DNA of 63,422 bases, counting the filler, from Stramenopiles sp. TOSAG23-2 (Eukaryota): assembly GCA_900128395.1 (NCBI GenBank). It is 4 parts of 4 records of this genome, joined end to end, with 100 filler letters (N's around TTAATTAATTAA, not from the genome) between each part and the next. Parts side by side here need not be neighbours in the genome. Positions count along the whole stretch, not along the records: positions 30,054 to 59,992 come from LT649386.1; 3 more parts are not named here. One strand, given 5' to 3'. A model generated the notes under the pieces. It had not been told where the DNA came from. It was given only the letters and a program-made list of their open reading frames with translations, and ran no database searches. The translations under genes and the position numbers were made by a program. Positions 30,556 through 40,446 of the stretch are shown piece by piece; position 1 is the stretch's first letter, and every line of letters starts with the position of its first letter.

Positions 30556-32264
30556 CCAGCTTCTTCTTTACAAAATTTTGCTACTGCTTTAAAAGTACCG
30601 CCTGAGACACATGCATCATCAATCATTAATATATTTTTGCCTTTAAGTTTTCGTTTATCTGGTAACTTTGATAATTTGTATGCATCATCATGTTTTCCCA
30701 ACGCTCGTTGTAATGCTACATATGCAAATTCAGTTAAATTTAAGTTCAACCCTTTGTAACGTTTAGCTTTTATAAATTCAAGTGGTAAATTTAATTCCTC
30801 TGATATAATTGGTGCTAATAATGCACCGCCAGAATAAATGCCAAGTATCAGATCGATATCGTTTATATCTATACCTGTATTCTCAACAAAATGATCTAAG
30901 CGTTTTAACATTAAAGTTTTTAAAACATTCCAATCGCATGCAAAATGTTTTGTTTTAATAAATTTACCAGATAAATAAACATCACCTGGGAAAATATTAT
31001 CCGATCCATCTTCTTTGATTTCACTGCAATCTTTTAAAAATTCAACACGTTTTTCAATTAATAATTTTTGTAATGATATTGGCCAATTTTGTATTGGATC
31101 TTCTATTTCATTGAAATATTCATTCATAGTTTGAACAACCCATGGTTTTACTTTTTTTGCTTGCACATGAAATATGGTTGATAATGTAAATAATAGAGTA
31201 GCAAATGTAAATAATGTTACAATGGAAAACTCCGTGAAATACCAACGAGCAACGCAAATATATCCAATTGCTAAAAACAATCCTGATTTTGGAACAAAAA
31301 AGAATGTTGCCAATGACACGATATAAACCATTAACCATGTTAAACATATACCACCAAATAAATAAAATGTTGTTGTCGTTGAAACATTGTCTGCAAAATA
31401 TAAACGTATTGATAAAGGGAATAGAAACCCAAGTGAACCACCAACAATTACATCAACAAAATGGTGAGCAAATAAATAAACACGTCCAAACATTCCCATA
31501 ATAAAGCTAAAAATGCATATTGAAAATATTATATCTTTGTATTGATATGATGTTGTTACATCCTTATCAGTGATCATGGTTGAAACTTTATTTAATTCAA
31601 CCAATACACCAACGACACATCCACCTACTGCAGAATCCAAGCTAGGGAATGAATGTCGTGCATTTTTACCTTGCGAACTTTTTAACAACATTTTTTTCCA
31701 CATTGTATTGTGTACGTAACGAGGTATATTTTCTTTTAGAAATTGTTTGCCATAATACAAAGCTGGCCGATCCCGTAGAAAATATACTTTCAATAACCAA
31801 GCAGAAATATTTAATATAATCCATGAAAAATAATATGTACATAACATATTATATGCAACAATATCACCTATTATGAATTTAAATATACATAGATTTGCAA
31901 TAGTAAATAAAGCAATTAAACCAGCGTTTCCATCAAAAAATTTATCATCGTCTTTAATTATTATTTTCGTGTAAACACAAAAAAATACAGTGATCAAAAT
32001 AACTGCTATGATTAATCCGTACATAGATGTAAATGGCGACGGATTTGCATGTGCATGAAATAAAAAAACAGTCGGAACTGCGGATAAAGATGTTAATGGC
32101 GTTCCAAATACATGCCCGAAAAAAAATATAATAAATAAGAAAGGTTCAAAATTGAAAGGCAATTTTGTTAGAAATAATGATATTGATTTATCATATTTAT
32201 TTAATTTCGTTTCATCTGGAAAACGTGAATATGTTGGATGATCTACTGTTAAATATTTATCCAT
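30420..32264 (-). CDS. PAP2-family integral membrane phosphatase fused to a C-terminal type I phosphoribosyltransferase domain
   Basis: PAP2 motifs K159VYFLRDRP, SFP207SLD (canonical PSGH altered) and R261VYLFAH267HFVD271. PRTase motifs ILGIYSGG, ILMID549DACVSGGT (PRPP loop) and terminal IFSPW. Confidence 0.82.
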   Translation of the reverse strand: MDKYLTVDHPTYSRFPDETKLNKYDKSISLFLTKLPFNFEPFLFIIFFFGHVFGTPLTSLSAVPTVFLFHAHANPSPFTSMYGLIIAVILITVFFCVYTKIIIKDDDKFFDGNAGLIALFTIANLCIFKFIIGDIVAYNMLCTYYFSWIILNISAWLLKVYFLRDRPALYYGKQFLKENIPRYVHNTMWKKMLLKSSQGKNARHSFPSLDSAVGGCVVGVLVELNKVSTMITDKDVTTSYQYKDIIFSICIFSFIMGMFGRVYLFAHHFVDVIVGGSLGFLFPLSIRLYFADNVSTTTTFYLFGGICLTWLMVYIVSLATFFFVPKSGLFLAIGYICVARWYFTEFSIVTLFTFATLLFTLSTIFHVQAKKVKPWVVQTMNEYFNEIEDPIQNWPISLQKLLIEKRVEFLKDCSEIKEDGSDNIFPGDVYLSGKFIKTKHFACDWNVLKTLMLKRLDHFVENTGIDINDIDLILGIYSGGALLAPIISEELNLPLEFIKAKRYKGLNLNLTEFAYVALQRALGKHDDAYKLSKLPDKRKLKGKNILMIDDACVSGGTFKAVAKFCKEEAGCKEIRGLALAGSPSTSSHIWDPTMKKKPTIQKIDMPIFSPWGTF

Positions 32265-32398
32265 CTCCTAATTTTTATTGTTTTATTATTATAAATGATA
32301 GGATACATTACGATATAATTGTTTTAGGAAATTAACATATATATATATATATCTGTAGAAAGAAGATCAGATATATATCAGATATACAAGAACCACAA

Positions 32399-35239
32399 AT
32401 GCCACCAAAAAAGAAAAAGAAAACAAAAAAAAAGTCCTCCAAGGCAACAACGACGACAACTACTACTACTACAACAATCACAGATAGAAAAAAAAGCAAA
32501 AGAAACAATAATAATAATGTAGCTATTGCTGATAATAATAAAAATAACAACAATAAGAATGAGAAATTAACTTTGGGCTTATTAGGAGGTGGTAGTTCTT
32601 CGAATGCTACGCCATTATTTGTGCCAGGTGGAGAAATAATATGCCATGGATGTGGTATGGCAGTGAAAGTATTGAGCTTGAAAACTGGTGAAATTATTTA
32701 TATATTAAGAGGACATCAAGGTATTGTGACGGATTTATCAATGCATCCAAATATACGTACACAATTTTATTCATCTTCGTTGGACCATACTATTAAATTA
32801 TGGGATATGAATGACGGTACATTATTACAAACTTACCAGCTTGGAAAGCCATGCTTGGGGATATTAGGCTCAAATACAGAAAGAGATATTTTATATGTAT
32901 TGGTGCAAGATGTTGCAATAGATACAGGTAAAACATGGTATAAAGTTGTTTTATTTAATATTAGGTCACAAAAATTTGTTGGTACAATATCAAAATCAAA
33001 TACATTGCGTTGTCGTTTTGATTCCATTGATATAGATGGAACGACAGCAGTTGCGACTGTATACCAACGTAAGTTAGCTGTTTGGTGGTCAGATAAGACA
33101 AAAGTGAAGAAAATTAATTATGAAAGACCACTAGTAACTGTCGCTATACAGCCAAATGTAACCGATGAAAGCCCAATCGTTGCAACAGGTGATGTTGAAG
33201 GTAGAATATTGCTATGGTATAATTTATTAGAAAAACCAAAATCGGAAGAAGAGAAATATATTGCAAGTACGGTAGATGGCCGAGAAGTTAAAAAAACATC
33301 GTTGCATTGGCACGCCCATGCCGTTACATGCATGTCGTTTACAAAGGATGGGAATTACTTATTATCAGGGGGCGAAGAAGCTGTTTTAGTATTATGGCAA
33401 ATTGGCACAACAAATAAGACATTTTTACCACGTTTAGGTGCACCATTATGCCGCATTTCTGTTTCACCTGATTCTTTATCATACGGTATCACAACTGCAA
33501 ACAATGTTTTTCGTTTAATTGATGCAGTTGATATGACAGTACGATGGAGTGTACGCGGGCTTGCAGCGGCAAGGCCAGATGATTTCTTAGGCATTGAAGA
33601 AACATTCAAACGAAATAAAAATAGGTCTAGAAAAACATTAAATACAGGCATTGCCGTAGATCCAATTGATGGTGCAGTAGCATTAAATGGTGTCCATGGT
33701 ACTGGGACATTACAAATTTATAATATATTTCAAGATTCGCACATTGCTACTTTAGAGGTTGCACCACGTAATGTTGTTTCTCGTACACAAAAAGAGAAAT
33801 TAGCGCCAACGACGGTGGAACATATTTGCTTCAGCCCAGATGGGCGTGATTTAATAACGGTAGATCGAAGAACCGATACGCATTTTGATGATGTTGTATC
33901 TTTAAAATTTTGGGAAAGATCTTCACAACCAGGAACTGGCGTCCGATATACTGTAAATACACGTGTTGAATCTCCTCATAAAAGTTATATTTCATCTGTT
34001 TGCTATGGGATAAATAGTTTTGGCAACAAAGGGGAGGAATGCATGGTTGTAACTACCTCGTATGATTGTCGTTTCAAAATTTGGACATGTAAACGAGCAA
34101 CACAGAATCAGCAACAACCGCGACAAGCAAAGGGAGTTACTATATGGTCATGTAATTCCACCGTATTTTTCCGTGAAAGCCCAATAATGGATTCATCATT
34201 TTCTAAAGATGCGTCATTACTAGCTGTTGGCTATTCACGTATAGTTACCCTATGGAATCCAATTAACAATAGTCTTCTAGGCGTTTTGCCACATGCATCT
34301 ATCTCAGGTAAAGTTCGTAAATCTGTATTTGTCTCCGGTGATAAAAGTCCATATTTATTAGTAGTCACTGAAAATCAGTGTGTTATTTGGGATGTTATTA
34401 GTTGTGATGTTGTATGGTCAATTGAATGTAATTGTACTGCAGTAGGTGTTGACTTTGAAAACAATGGCTCTGATGCTAGATTTGCAATTGCTTGTAATTC
34501 TAGTAGTGATAAAGATAGTAAATCTGCTATGGTGCTTTTGTTTGATGCATCATCATCTATACCAATATATACTTGGCGTTTGGATTACTCAGCACTCCCA
34601 CGACATATTCATTTCGAAGGAAATCGTGGTAATGCAAGAGATGAGATTCGCTTAATTTTAATGAATAATAAAAAAGAATTTTATACCATTTCTAAGGACG
34701 AGGCAATGGTAACGCCTTCTTCTGAAATTTTGCCAGAAAGAGGAACGGCTGGGGGTACATTAACTTCGTTTAATCGATTATTTGGATCGAAAGAGAGTAG
34801 AGATGAAGCGTATAATAACAGAAAAAGAAAAGCTGGATCTATGTTAAATAGTATGGGTGCATCTTTTACCAAGGTATTTCAAGGAGCATCGCATGTACTA
34901 CCTGGACTCACATCATTATTTCATCCATTTATGGAATCGTTATTGAATAAAAATAATAACGATATAGTAGAAATTGAAAAGGAAAGTGATGACATGGATG
35001 ATGAGGATGAAAAATCCACAGCAGCTATGATTGAAGATAGTAGTGTTGATGATAAAACCACTACAACAGCATTGAATAATTTAGCAAACGTATTTTCATC
35101 GGCTAACAATGGTGGTAGAATTGGAAAAGAAAAGCAAGCAGAGGTGGAGAAAAACTGGACTTCATTTTTTGCAAAAATTAATTCTGGAAGAAGTGGAGGA
35201 GTAAATGGCACAACGTCTAAAAAGAGGAGAAAAAGATAA
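32399..35239 (+). CDS. WDR75: WD repeat protein 75 (Utp17/Nan1), SSU processome t-UTP subunit
   Basis: WD40 repeats with LHWHAHAV, LLSGGEEAVLVLWQ, FLPRLG and LKFW, plus a C-terminal SHVLP..LF..F...LL motif. Confidence 0.9.
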   Translation: MPPKKKKKTKKKSSKATTTTTTTTTTITDRKKSKRNNNNNVAIADNNKNNNNKNEKLTLGLLGGGSSSNATPLFVPGGEIICHGCGMAVKVLSLKTGEIIYILRGHQGIVTDLSMHPNIRTQFYSSSLDHTIKLWDMNDGTLLQTYQLGKPCLGILGSNTERDILYVLVQDVAIDTGKTWYKVVLFNIRSQKFVGTISKSNTLRCRFDSIDIDGTTAVATVYQRKLAVWWSDKTKVKKINYERPLVTVAIQPNVTDESPIVATGDVEGRILLWYNLLEKPKSEEEKYIASTVDGREVKKTSLHWHAHAVTCMSFTKDGNYLLSGGEEAVLVLWQIGTTNKTFLPRLGAPLCRISVSPDSLSYGITTANNVFRLIDAVDMTVRWSVRGLAAARPDDFLGIEETFKRNKNRSRKTLNTGIAVDPIDGAVALNGVHGTGTLQIYNIFQDSHIATLEVAPRNVVSRTQKEKLAPTTVEHICFSPDGRDLITVDRRTDTHFDDVVSLKFWERSSQPGTGVRYTVNTRVESPHKSYISSVCYGINSFGNKGEECMVVTTSYDCRFKIWTCKRATQNQQQPRQAKGVTIWSCNSTVFFRESPIMDSSFSKDASLLAVGYSRIVTLWNPINNSLLGVLPHASISGKVRKSVFVSGDKSPYLLVVTENQCVIWDVISCDVVWSIECNCTAVGVDFENNGSDARFAIACNSSSDKDSKSAMVLLFDASSSIPIYTWRLDYSALPRHIHFEGNRGNARDEIRLILMNNKKEFYTISKDEAMVTPSSEILPERGTAGGTLTSFNRLFGSKESRDEAYNNRKRKAGSMLNSMGASFTKVFQGASHVLPGLTSLFHPFMESLLNKNNNDIVEIEKESDDMDDEDEKSTAAMIEDSSVDDKTTTTALNNLANVFSSANNGGRIGKEKQAEVEKNWTSFFAKINSGRSGGVNGTTSKKRRKR

Positions 35240-35752
35240 AAATCATTTTTTTACACCACAATATGTGTGTGTGTGTGTGTGTATCTCTAAACTGTATGTT
35301 ATATATTAAATATGATATATGGTTAAAATCTAAGTTATAATAATTTTACTTCCCGTGGTAAATAATATGCTCAAGATACTCAATCTCAAGAATAATATTC
35401 TATATCCTAATAGTAAAGCTCTAATGCACGTCTGCAAACTAATACTCTACAAGCATGAGTAGGACAAAAATTAATTCTGGAAGAAGTGGAGGAGTAAATG
35501 GCACAACGTCTAAAAAGAGGAGAAAAAGATAAAAATCATTTTTTTACACCACAATATGTGTGTGTGTGTGTGTGTATCTCTAAACTGTAGTGTTATATAT
35601 TAAATATGATGGTTAAAATCTAAGTTATAATAATTTTACTTCCCGTGGTAAATAATATGCTCAAGATACTCAATCTCAAGAATAATATTCTATATCCTAA
35701 TAGTAAAGCTCTAATGCACGTCTGCAAACTAATACTCTACAAGCATGAGTAG
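35172..35752. repeat. ~290-bp near-identical tandem duplication over the WDR75 3' end and UTR
   Basis: 35172-35462 versus 35465-35752, differing only by small indels. Confidence 0.9.
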
Positions 35753-35979
35753 ATTTTTATCCTTCCATGCGCAATCGTTGAACACGCTGGACGTCGGGTT
35801 CATATATACTAGATGATACTGTGAACAAATTACAAGTCTTTTTTTTTACCACCGAACCGCGATTGTTTTTTTGCACGAAAAACTTTCGTATTTAATTAAT
35901 TGATGTACACATACCCCGTTTTTGAAGACAATATCGAAGTACGAACGTACAAAAACACACATCTTTTTCTATCATAATT

Positions 35980-37689
35980 TCATGAAAAAACATCTTTTGT
36001 ATTTATATTGACCTTTCTTCGATTCACTTTCGGTGTTACAGAAATAAAAGATTCTTCCAACCTTGCAGCAAATGCAGCAATTTCATCATCGCCTTCTGCT
36101 TCTACATCTTCATCATCAAATTGAGATTCATCAAAAATATCTTCTACATTTATATCTTTTAAATTTGTCAAATCTGTTGAACCGGAACGCAGCATTTTTT
36201 TAATTTCTTCTTTTTTCTTCTGTTGTTCAATCGCTAATAATTTTGCCTCTTCCTCTTTCTTTGCCGCGCGCAATTGTTCCTCTTTTTGCTGTCGCTGTTT
36301 TTCTTTTTGTCTTAATCTCTTTTTTGCGCGTTTGCTAAGTTTTTTTTGATTTGCTTTTTCCTTTTTTGTGGAAGTATCTTCCCCAATGAAATTTAATATG
36401 TCATCAACTGATTTTGCATGTAAATTTTTGATTTCCATGTCTTTCTTGCTTGTGCTTTGTAATTGCTCATCACTATTATTATTCCCATTATTCTTCGATT
36501 CTACTATTGCTGCTTTTGCTGTCTTTTTATTTTTTTTACTTATGGCAGCTACTGGAGGTTGTCGAGCAACTTTTCCATTCGAACTAGGTTTTTTCGATGG
36601 TTTTTCCGTCTTTTTTTTATCAGATGATGATGACGATGAAGGTCGTTTAAATGCATATTCTTCTAAACCTACCTCTTTAAGTGCTTCATAACTTTTTTGA
36701 ACCATTATATTCTGATCTGTAACTTTCAATGTAACTTTTTTCATTTCAAGTTTATGATTTACAAATATTCTACCATCATCTAATTCAATAAATCCATCAA
36801 TTAATTCATCATCTTTATCTTTGTTTACATCAAAATTACCAACAGTATCAATCTTGTTGATATTGCGATTGAAAGCACTTGATGCTGTCATTTTATTGTT
36901 ATTATGATTATTTACTCGTTTCTTTAAAACATTATCTAATTCTTCCTTTGATATATTTAAATATCTTTGTCTTTTCATTAAAGCTTCATATACTAATTTT
37001 GATTTTTCTTTCGTCGTGCTTAATTCAGGTTTTTCGTGTCGATCACATATGATTAAATCATATGCTTGATTGATCGCATTACTTGTACCACCTGTTAAAC
37101 CAAATTCTCGGCGAAATATATCTGCTTGTCTTAAAAATACAGGAGGGTTTTTTTCATTTACAGGTAAAAAATCTTTTTTTTGTTTTATATGGAATAAATC
37201 AATCAACTGCTTCACAGATAAATTTCTCATACGAGATGCTAATTCTCGGCAACTTAAATCGATCAAAGGCTTTACATCTAAATAATAAGCAGCTTTTGCT
37301 AATACGCATATATTATATACATCTTCTTGGTCTAAAAAATCTGCATCCCAAAAATCCCTTTCCCTAAGACTTTTTTCTTCACAATTTTCATGATATTTAC
37401 AATATTCCAATACCCGGGATAAACCAAAAGAAGGTACGTCTTTTAATACAATTTTTTTATATTTTTCTGGCACTGGTGGAAATAAATATGGGGATGTTGT
37501 TTCCTCCTCTACATATTCATTATTTTTATTCATATCCACAACTTTTGGTGACATCATTGCTATTTCAAGCGGTATTTCCAGTTCCTTTCCATCACAACAT
37601 TCTACTATTATTTGTTCACCAGGAAACATTTCTATACCATTATTATCATCTTCTTCCCCTTCTTCTTCTACTACTACTTTGCCATTCAT
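35980..37689 (-). CDS. SKP1-like protein of the long (plant ASK20/21-like) type
   Basis: SKP1 POZ and dimerisation domains (RVLEYCKYH, WDADFL, LAKAAYYLDVKPLIDLSCR.LA). C-terminal SVDDILNFI and DEIAAFAARL motifs as in ASK21-type proteins. Confidence 0.82.
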   Translation of the reverse strand: MNGKVVVEEEGEEDDNNGIEMFPGEQIIVECCDGKELEIPLEIAMMSPKVVDMNKNNEYVEEETTSPYLFPPVPEKYKKIVLKDVPSFGLSRVLEYCKYHENCEEKSLRERDFWDADFLDQEDVYNICVLAKAAYYLDVKPLIDLSCRELASRMRNLSVKQLIDLFHIKQKKDFLPVNEKNPPVFLRQADIFRREFGLTGGTSNAINQAYDLIICDRHEKPELSTTKEKSKLVYEALMKRQRYLNISKEELDNVLKKRVNNHNNNKMTASSAFNRNINKIDTVGNFDVNKDKDDELIDGFIELDDGRIFVNHKLEMKKVTLKVTDQNIMVQKSYEALKEVGLEEYAFKRPSSSSSSDKKKTEKPSKKPSSNGKVARQPPVAAISKKNKKTAKAAIVESKNNGNNNSDEQLQSTSKKDMEIKNLHAKSVDDILNFIGEDTSTKKEKANQKKLSKRAKKRLRQKEKQRQQKEEQLRAAKKEEEAKLLAIEQQKKKEEIKKMLRSGSTDLTNLKDINVEDIFDESQFDDEDVEAEGDDEIAAFAARLEESFISVTPKVNRRKVNINTKDVFS

Positions 37690-38190
37690 ATTATTTCCTT
37701 TTATTTCCTTCGTTCTATTTATTTGTATGTATGTTCGGATATTATATACTGTTGTATTGTACCTTTGTTCGTCGAGAGCAATATTTGTTTACTTGTTCTA
37801 ATAATATTAAAATTTTAAATTCATTTTGTTATTTTTTTTTTATATTCGTGTTTATATTCGTGGTGTGTGCTGCTGGTGTGCTGGTGTGCTCTGTGCTCTG
37901 TGTGGCACTTTTAACTTTGGTTTTTTTTGCGTTTGATCTATTGCAGGGGGGGGGTGATAGGAAAACTGTACTGGTGGAGAATACACATAGAGTACGATAT
38001 AAAAATATAATAATAAATTTTAATATTACAAACACAACAATTTATAAAAAAGATAAAGAAAACAAATAAATTTATTACACACAGAAAGAAGGATAGAGAT
38101 ACATAAAACAGATTTTCAGTTTATTGTATTTTTTTGTGATATATATATAAAATATAATAACAATCTATATATATAATAAAACAATTGAAT

Positions 38191-39063
38191 ATGGCTTCTA
38201 TCTTACCAGTCATTATATATTATGAAGATACGGATTGTGTTGGAATTGTGTATCATTCTAATTATTTGAAATATTTTGAACGTGGCCGGGAATTGCTTTT
38301 AGGACAAGATCAATTGGTTGATTTGTTTGATACGTCCGGTCGTAGTTTTGTAGTAGTAAATGTTAAAATTGCATATAAAAAAGCTGCTAGGCATGGCGAT
38401 ACGTTAGAAGTACGCACCGTTCCAACCATTGAAAGTTCATATCGACTTGAATTTGATCAATCTGTTTGGAGAAAAAATATAACAACAAAACAATTAGAAG
38501 AGTCCAATAACGAACCATGGACATTAATCGTTCAAGGCACGGTACAAATGGTATGTGTTGGAAAGGATATGAAAATATGTACATTGCCCGATATGATCAC
38601 AGTTAATATGAGGCAAATTTTTGGGGATTTATTAAATCCAAAAAAGAAAACAATGAAAAAAAAATTACCACCACCAAAAAAAAAACTTTTAGCTAATGAT
38701 GGATGGAGTGAACCAAAAGATGTAAAAATTGAAGTGTATTATGAAGACACCGATTTTACAACTGTTGTTTATTATGCTAATTATATGAAATTTATGGAAA
38801 GAGCAAGATCACAATTATTTGGTTTTAAATCATTAGAAATTATGAAAAACAAATACAATGCAAGTTTTGCTGTATATAATGGAGAGTTAGATTTTAAAAG
38901 TGGTGGTACGATTGGTGACGTATTAATTGTAAAAACAAAGTTTAAAATTGAAAGTGATTATCGTATAGCATTTGAGCAAGATATTTACCGACGATGTAAT
39001 GGTATGGATGAACGAACTGAAATGAATTTAAATAATGATCAACTGTTTTTACAAGTCTTTTAA
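38191..39063 (+). CDS. Tandem hot-dog acyl-CoA thioesterase (two YbgC/4HBT domains)
   Basis: IYYEDTDCVGIVYHSNYLKYFERGR and VYYEDTDFTTVVYYANYMKFMERAR. ATG at 38191. Confidence 0.88.
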   Translation: MASILPVIIYYEDTDCVGIVYHSNYLKYFERGRELLLGQDQLVDLFDTSGRSFVVVNVKIAYKKAARHGDTLEVRTVPTIESSYRLEFDQSVWRKNITTKQLEESNNEPWTLIVQGTVQMVCVGKDMKICTLPDMITVNMRQIFGDLLNPKKKTMKKKLPPPKKKLLANDGWSEPKDVKIEVYYEDTDFTTVVYYANYMKFMERARSQLFGFKSLEIMKNKYNASFAVYNGELDFKSGGTIGDVLIVKTKFKIESDYRIAFEQDIYRRCNGMDERTEMNLNNDQLFLQVF

Positions 39064-39726
39064 ATCTCTTGCACGATCTGTTACTTTTACACCTTCACCA
39101 GTTGGATTGGCTGGATCCCATTCATGAATTTTTAATTCATTTGGTTGATAATTATTTGATAATGGACTACCTTTTTGTGTCCAATATTTACCTTTGTTTG
39201 GTGATAAGCCATCATCTGGGATGGAGAAAAATGCTAAGTTTTTTTGGTCAAGACTTCCTTCACCTGGTGTATCACCTTTCTCGAACTGATGAAAAACACT
39301 ACCTACACCATAACCACGTGTACGCACGACAGATGGATTAATATCTACTCGAGTTGTTATAGTCCCTTCATGTTCTGATGCGTTTGGTACGTTTGATGCC
39401 CAATTATTTTGCATACCACGTTTGGTACTTGGATTTACTGGAGTATGATCAGACATATGTGTCATCCAACCATGCCATTCAGGTGGTATCCTCGTTGGGT
39501 CCCAGTTCCACCCGTACTTTGGATTATACTCGCACCATCTATGACGTCCATGTTGCTCATTTGTTTCCTCGTAATATTTGTTACCTAAATAATCTTCCCC
39601 TTTTAACACACCTAGTTTTACTTCATCGTAACGAAAAACTTTTTTAATCGTTTCCAATGGTCCCCACTCCTGTAACATTTGCACAACATACCTGATACCA
39701 GGTTTCAAATTTTTTCTACTCGACAT
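39049..39726 (-). CDS. NDUFA12: NADH:ubiquinone oxidoreductase subunit A12 (B17.2)
   Basis: G.L.GED.LGNKYYE, GRHRW.EY, IPPEWHGWM.H..D..P, WDP. Confidence 0.92.
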   Translation of the reverse strand: MSSRKNLKPGIRYVVQMLQEWGPLETIKKVFRYDEVKLGVLKGEDYLGNKYYEETNEQHGRHRWCEYNPKYGWNWDPTRIPPEWHGWMTHMSDHTPVNPSTKRGMQNNWASNVPNASEHEGTITTRVDINPSVVRTRGYGVGSVFHQFEKGDTPGEGSLDQKNLAFFSIPDDGLSPNKGKYWTQKGSPLSNNYQPNELKIHEWDPANPTGEGVKVTDRARDLKDL

Positions 39727-40446
39727 GTCTGCTATAATATATGTATATATATGATATATCGATTATTATTGCAACTACTATCTGAAAGAAAGTGTTTCTA
39801 TATCTGTTGTATGTACATCGAAGTTACTATGTATATTAGTTATCTGATTTAATCATTTATTCATTATTTTACTTCAGGATAATAAAATCCAAGAAGAATA
39901 ACAAACAACAACACCTCCCCTCCGGGCTAATGGTATATCCATCGTGTTAGTTCAAAAAGCGAAGGCAGGCGGAGGCAATCTGGCATCAATGCTGTACAGT
40001 GTTAAATATAATCTTTAACAACTTTTTTCATTCCTATTTATCGGCTTTGGGCTTTGGATCAAATATCAACTATTTGTCCTGGTATACGAGAGATTACCAT
40101 ATCAATAGCATTAAATTTTACACGACAGGAGTGATATTAGGATACCAGGTGGTAGTTCATAATAAGGTGAAAACAATTATTTATGATAAATAAGATCCTC
40201 GGGTAGTGTAATTATTGATGATGTGATGAGTTGCATGGATGTGGGACCATTTTTTTTTGGATTGGACCGACACAAAAGAAAAAAATGTAATTATAATATC
40301 TTTAAACGAGAGAAATATAGATATAATACATACAAGTATTATACAGGTATTATTAGATTATATTGAAAGAAGAAACTAGAAGAAAAACAAATAATAAAAG
40401 AAAGAAAGAAAATAAAATATAACAAATAAAAAAAAGATAATTAATT

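Noticed and set aside
37476-38069. 197-aa hydrophobic ORF and the many short ORFs antisense to long genes
   Set aside because: Shadow frames and low-complexity promoter DNA, often with non-ATG starts and no family motifs.
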